DNA of 64,000 nucleotides from Thermoanaerobaculia bacterium (GTDB lineage Bacteria; Acidobacteriota; Thermoanaerobaculia; Multivoradales; Multivoraceae): NCBI GenBank assembly GCA_963664405.1, contig OY761158.1, positions 2,400,001 to 2,464,000 of the forward strand, read 5' to 3'. Shown piece by piece: positions 60,382 to 64,000 of this stretch (position 1 is its first letter; each line of letters starts with the position of its first letter). The notes under the pieces were generated by a model. It saw only the letters and a program-made list of their open reading frames with translations, ran no database searches and was not told where the DNA came from. The position numbers and the translations under genes were made by a program.

Positions 60382-62125
60382 GGGATAGGGATTTCCTTTT
60401 CAGGGCCACCGATCGAATCGCGCTGGCCGAGCGTGGCCGAGCGTTAGAAGGGTGGACATCGGTGGGTGATGCATAGTTCGAGGCTCTCCGAACAATGAGA
60501 TCAGCCGGGGGTCGCGCCGCCGTGACGGAGGTCGACGCCTTGGGCTGCTGACTCGTCTGAGCAGGAGCACAGCTCCGCCGGCCCGTGATCGGGATCAGTC
60601 CACTGGGCTGGAACTCGTGCCCGTCGTCGCCGGTCGGTCAAGAGGCGAGAACAGACGCTGGTGGAGCGCGCTCTCGAGCGTTGGCCTTCTCATCAGCGAT
60701 GTGCCGGAGGATCTTGGCGACAACTCGGGGGTCGAGGATGAAGGCCTAGGGCGGCCCCGAGAGGATCCTCATCTGTGCGCCGCATCGACAGGTCAGCGGG
60801 TCGACCTCGTAGATCCGGCGGATCATCTGGGCCCAGGCTCGTCTTAGCCGACGACGCTCGGCAGCGGAGGGCAACACGGTCGTCGCAGCACTGGCCTCGT
60901 CTTCCACTTTCTCGCCTCGCCGCCGCGCGTGTGCAACGCTCGAGTACTCGCCGTAGTAGCGCACCGTGTGAAGCTTCGGCTGAGGGATGTGCATCAGCAG
61001 ACGGGCGAGGAAGTCCATCGCATCAAAGGTGGTCTGGGACCCACCGAATCGACCCCGGGCCTTGCGACGGTAGAGAACAGAGCCATCGGCGTCCAAGGAC
61101 ATCCGCTCGAGACTGAGCGGCGGACGAAGCAGGTAGCGAGCAAGCCGCTCGGTGCCCGCAGCATCGTCCGCCCCCACGGTGACCGTGCTATGGACCGAGA
61201 ATCCCTAGCCGGGCGCCCGGTGTTCTGCCAGGAGAGCAGCAGCTCGATCCGCTCCTCGCTCAGTAGCTCCTCGTCTCGCAGAAGGGCGATGACCTTGTGG
61301 CGAAAGAGAAGCTCAGCCGCCTTCGCGTCGACGTACGGCACGGGCACCCAAGTGCCCTCGCCATCCCACCCGCCACGAGAAACCAGCCCGTGAACGTGGG
61401 GGCTCCACTCCAGAAGATCCGTTGCCGTCTGAACAACGCTCACCATCCCGGGCCGAATGCCTCGATCGTCGGCGTGCGCCGCGGCGATCAGCTCATGCAC
61501 CGTCTCCCAAGCCGCCTGCGACAGCTTGCCCAGTAGCTCTCTGTGATGGAGGAAGTAGGGCCGGAGCAGCTTGGGGATGGTGAAAACCCACTGTGCATGG
61601 CCGACGTCTTCGAGGATCTCCTCGTGGAGCAGCGCACCAAAGACCGCCGCTCGCTTGGCGGCGCACGAGGGACAGAAGACCCGGCGACTACAGGAGAAGG
61701 CCACCAGGTAGTCTGAGCGACACTCGTCGCAGTAGACCCGAGCAAATCCACCCTCGAAGTCGCCGCAGGCCTGGAACGCGAGAACGACCTCGTCCATGAA
61801 CCCACGCCTAGCCGGCCGCGCCAGAAACCGTAGGACCGCTCGAAGCGCTCCTCCCAGCAGCCCTTGACGCGCTCGTAGAGCTCGTCCACAAGCCGATACA
61901 AAGGCGACTCTCGTGGCCGACGAGGCCGATAAAGCGCGGCGCATGCGTCCAGAAGCAGGGACCTCCCTGCTTCCAAAAGACGGAGATCGCGCCGGTCAGC
62001 GCTCGCCTACGTCTGCACCACTCGCCAGGCTGCCACCGGCGGCCCACACCGATTCCGGAGAAAGATCCCGCAAGATCCCCAACAATCCCGAACAATCTCC
62101 AACGCTTCCTTCTCTGGAGAAGATC
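60382..62125 (-). mobile_element. IS91-family element, copy 2; transposase pseudogene ~60638-61976
   Basis: Zn motifs CDEC and SCSRRVFCPSC, HUH motif PHVH, RYYGEYS; oriIS-like GGAAATCCCTATCCC at 60382-60396; distal end uncertain. Confidence 0.88.
62061..62100. repeat. Four imperfect tandem 10-bp repeats
   Basis: AAAGATCCCG CAAGATCCCC AACAATCCCG AACAATCTCC. Confidence 0.7.
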
Positions 62126-62144
62126 TGCGATCACTGCAGCGGGC

Positions 62145-62283
62145 ACGCCGGCTGAAGACAGCCGTGGCGGATCTGACGCTGCGAGAGCAGGCACTGAAGG
62201 AAGCGTTGTCGAGAAAATGGTGACGCCCGCGACCCGGCGCGCGGCGGTGAGCCACTTCCGGGATCGGTGGGGCTTGAGCGAGC
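62145..62283 (+). mobile_element. IS3-family fragment (orfA/orfB junction)
   Basis: RLKTAVADLTL...LSRKW-stop overlapping VTPATRRAAV...GLSE across GAAAATGGTGA. Confidence 0.75.
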
Positions 62284-62428
62284 CCAGGAGGGATCGGCTT
62301 CATCCAGACGTCCGGGGAGCTGTTGCGATTTCACCCACATATCCACGTCCTGATGGCCGATGGCGCCTGGCTCCCTGACGGGACCTTTCGACACCTTCTC
62401 TACTTCGACGCCCAGAAGGTGGAGCGCC
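62284..62428 (+). mobile_element. Fragment of a different IS91-family transposase
   Basis: PGGIGFIQTSGELLRFHPHIHVLMADG (HUH motif). Confidence 0.75.
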
Positions 62429-62773
62429 CATCCGCAGGTTGTTGGCGGGAATCCAGGCGGAACTCCAAGAGCCGGAGCCCCTCGCTCACTCACCGCCAGC
62501 TCCCGAGCTGGTCTATGAGCCCGTCTGAGACACCCATCCCTGCCGACGTGAAGAGCGCCTGACGCTCCCGGGGGACCCTCGACTCCTCTGGCCCCCCTCC
62601 GGGGACTCCTGGAGGCCCCGCTGCCGCGCACGCCCCCAAGCACTCTCGCGACCCACCTGCCGCCAGGACCGCGCACTCTAATCCTGCTGTCGAGCCGCCG
62701 AGAAGTGACAGCCCAGCGTGCTGTATCAGTAGCAACGAAGCCTGCTAGACAACGCGGCGGTCGCGCTTGAGCC

Positions 62774-62980
62774 GTATCGACGAAGGACTCCGCCTGGTTC
62801 TCGGCCTGAAAATCTAGGGAGTTACGTAGATAGGAGACGACCAGGCGATCTCACCGGGTCGGTCAGGGGCGTCGGAGCTGAAGCTCTCGACGACGCGGAT
62901 GTAGTAGTAGCCGTCCGCAAGCGGGGGACGGGGACGGAAGGTGAAAGACACCTTGCGGCGAGCCGACGGTGATCCTTCCG
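62774..62980 (+). repeat. 207-bp direct repeat, copy 2
   Basis: Matches 42491-42697; includes the last 44 bp of mazF. Confidence 0.92.
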
Positions 62981-64000
62981 CGCGGTGGGAGTAGAACACT
63001 TCGTTGTTCTTGATCACGTCGACCCGTTGGATCGCTCCAGCGCCGGTCACCTCAACGGTGAACTCGGTATCGGACGAAGCCTCGATCACTCCGCCCATCA
63101 GCGTGTCGCCGGCACGGAAGTCGACAATGATGTTGTCCGTCGACCCGTAGGTCCTGCGTTCCTCGATCGCGGCTTGGATGTCCTGACGAGTCGTGACTCC
63201 CTCGGGGACGAGCAAGTTCGCGTAAGAGATGTGCGTCGAGTAGTGATCGCTCGAAGCGATGAAACCCATTCGGAAGCCGGCGCTCAAAGCGTTGCTCACC
63301 AAGCCCTGCTGGAATGGTGGACGCCCGGCCCCACCGAGGCCGATCTCCTCGGGGGTCGCGGCCCTTGGAGCACCTTCGGCCTCGTAGGAGCTGCGGTCGC
63401 CCTGATAGATCTCGGTCACCGGGATCACCGAGTCGTCGTGCAGCTTCCAGTCAGTGCCCATGATCGTCCCCGAAGTGTGAGCGATTCCGACCCCACCGGT
63501 CTCCGCCAGATAGGCCTGGAAGCCGCGGGCCTCCTTCTCCAGCAGCTCCGGACGCTCGGCGAGATGAAGCTTGCTCACCCGGTAGCTGAAGACGCCGCGG
63601 CGCGGGTGGAACACGTTGACATGGCCGAGCGGAAAATTGACCGATCGCTCGTAGCCATAGAGAGGAACGAAACGGCCGGGCACATGAAAGAGATCGGCCG
63701 ACTTCTGGGTTCGCCACCACTGGTAGATGTCGTCGGTGTTCGGCGACTCGGGCTCGTCGGTATCGAGCCAAGCCCCATAATTGTGGTCGGTCACGGCAAA
63801 GAAATCGAACGAGGCGGCGTCGAGAGCGTAGCGGTAGAGATCCCATAGAGAGCCGTCGGTCGCGCCGTCCATCGAGATCTCGCTGTGACGATGCAGGTCA
63901 CCTCGAATGATCTTGAAGTCGCCGTCGGCGGTCTCGATTCGGTGATCGCGAATGCGTGCAACCGCGAGGGCTTCCTCCGGGTGGGTCACCGGTACATCCG
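62814..64000 (-). CDS. PHP-fold metallohydrolase (DUF3604/CehA-McbA-like), 5' end outside window
   Basis: RGDLHRHSE, VTDHN, ASSDH, RRTYGSTD, AWSSPIYV; paralog of 19226-21695. Confidence 0.85.
   Translation of the reverse strand, partial: DVPVTHPEEALAVARIRDHRIETADGDFKIIRGDLHRHSEISMDGATDGSLWDLYRYALDAASFDFFAVTDHNYGAWLDTDEPESPNTDDIYQWWRTQKSADLFHVPGRFVPLYGYERSVNFPLGHVNVFHPRRGVFSYRVSKLHLAERPELLEKEARGFQAYLAETGGVGIAHTSGTIMGTDWKLHDDSVIPVTEIYQGDRSSYEAEGAPRAATPEEIGLGGAGRPPFQQGLVSNALSAGFRMGFIASSDHYSTHISYANLLVPEGVTTRQDIQAAIEERRTYGSTDNIIVDFRAGDTLMGGVIEASSDTEFTVEVTGAGAIQRVDVIKNNEVFYSHRAEGSPSARRKVSFTFRPRPPLADGYYYIRVVESFSSDAPDRPGEIAWSSPIYVTP

Overview
GC-rich bacterial DNA. The gene families (many secreted PQQ, DUF3604/PHP, sulfatase, NHL and IPTL-CTERM proteins) suggest Acidobacteriota, but that is an inference. 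I found no rRNA, tRNA or CRISPR array. Positions 1-41.7 kb hold mostly intact secreted, transport and redox genes interspersed with internally deleted gene debris. The 42.5-63 kb segment is bracketed by a 207-bp diverged direct repeat. Together with the mazEF pair at its left edge it carries five toxin-antitoxin-like pairs, an intact rve-type transposase, a DUF222-HNH gene and IS91/IS3 relics. Main observations: (1) both IS91-like transposase copies are disrupted by recurrent, co-oriented 13-15 nt GC-rich inserts, most carrying CTAG, at sites whose reconstructed sequence has no CTAG; (2) a CTAG-bounded ~166-bp palindromic element occurs three times, once inserted in frame (+54 aa) into a signal peptide; (3) a second CTAG-bounded hairpin repeat family; (4) an ArsC-like UxxC selenoprotein with a SECIS-like hairpin, truncated in the ORF track; (5) an operon encoding a heme c/PHM-like copper monooxygenase, a cytochrome c/PQQ dehydrogenase and a PAL-like NHL protein. 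All family assignments come from motif recognition by eye, not database searches.
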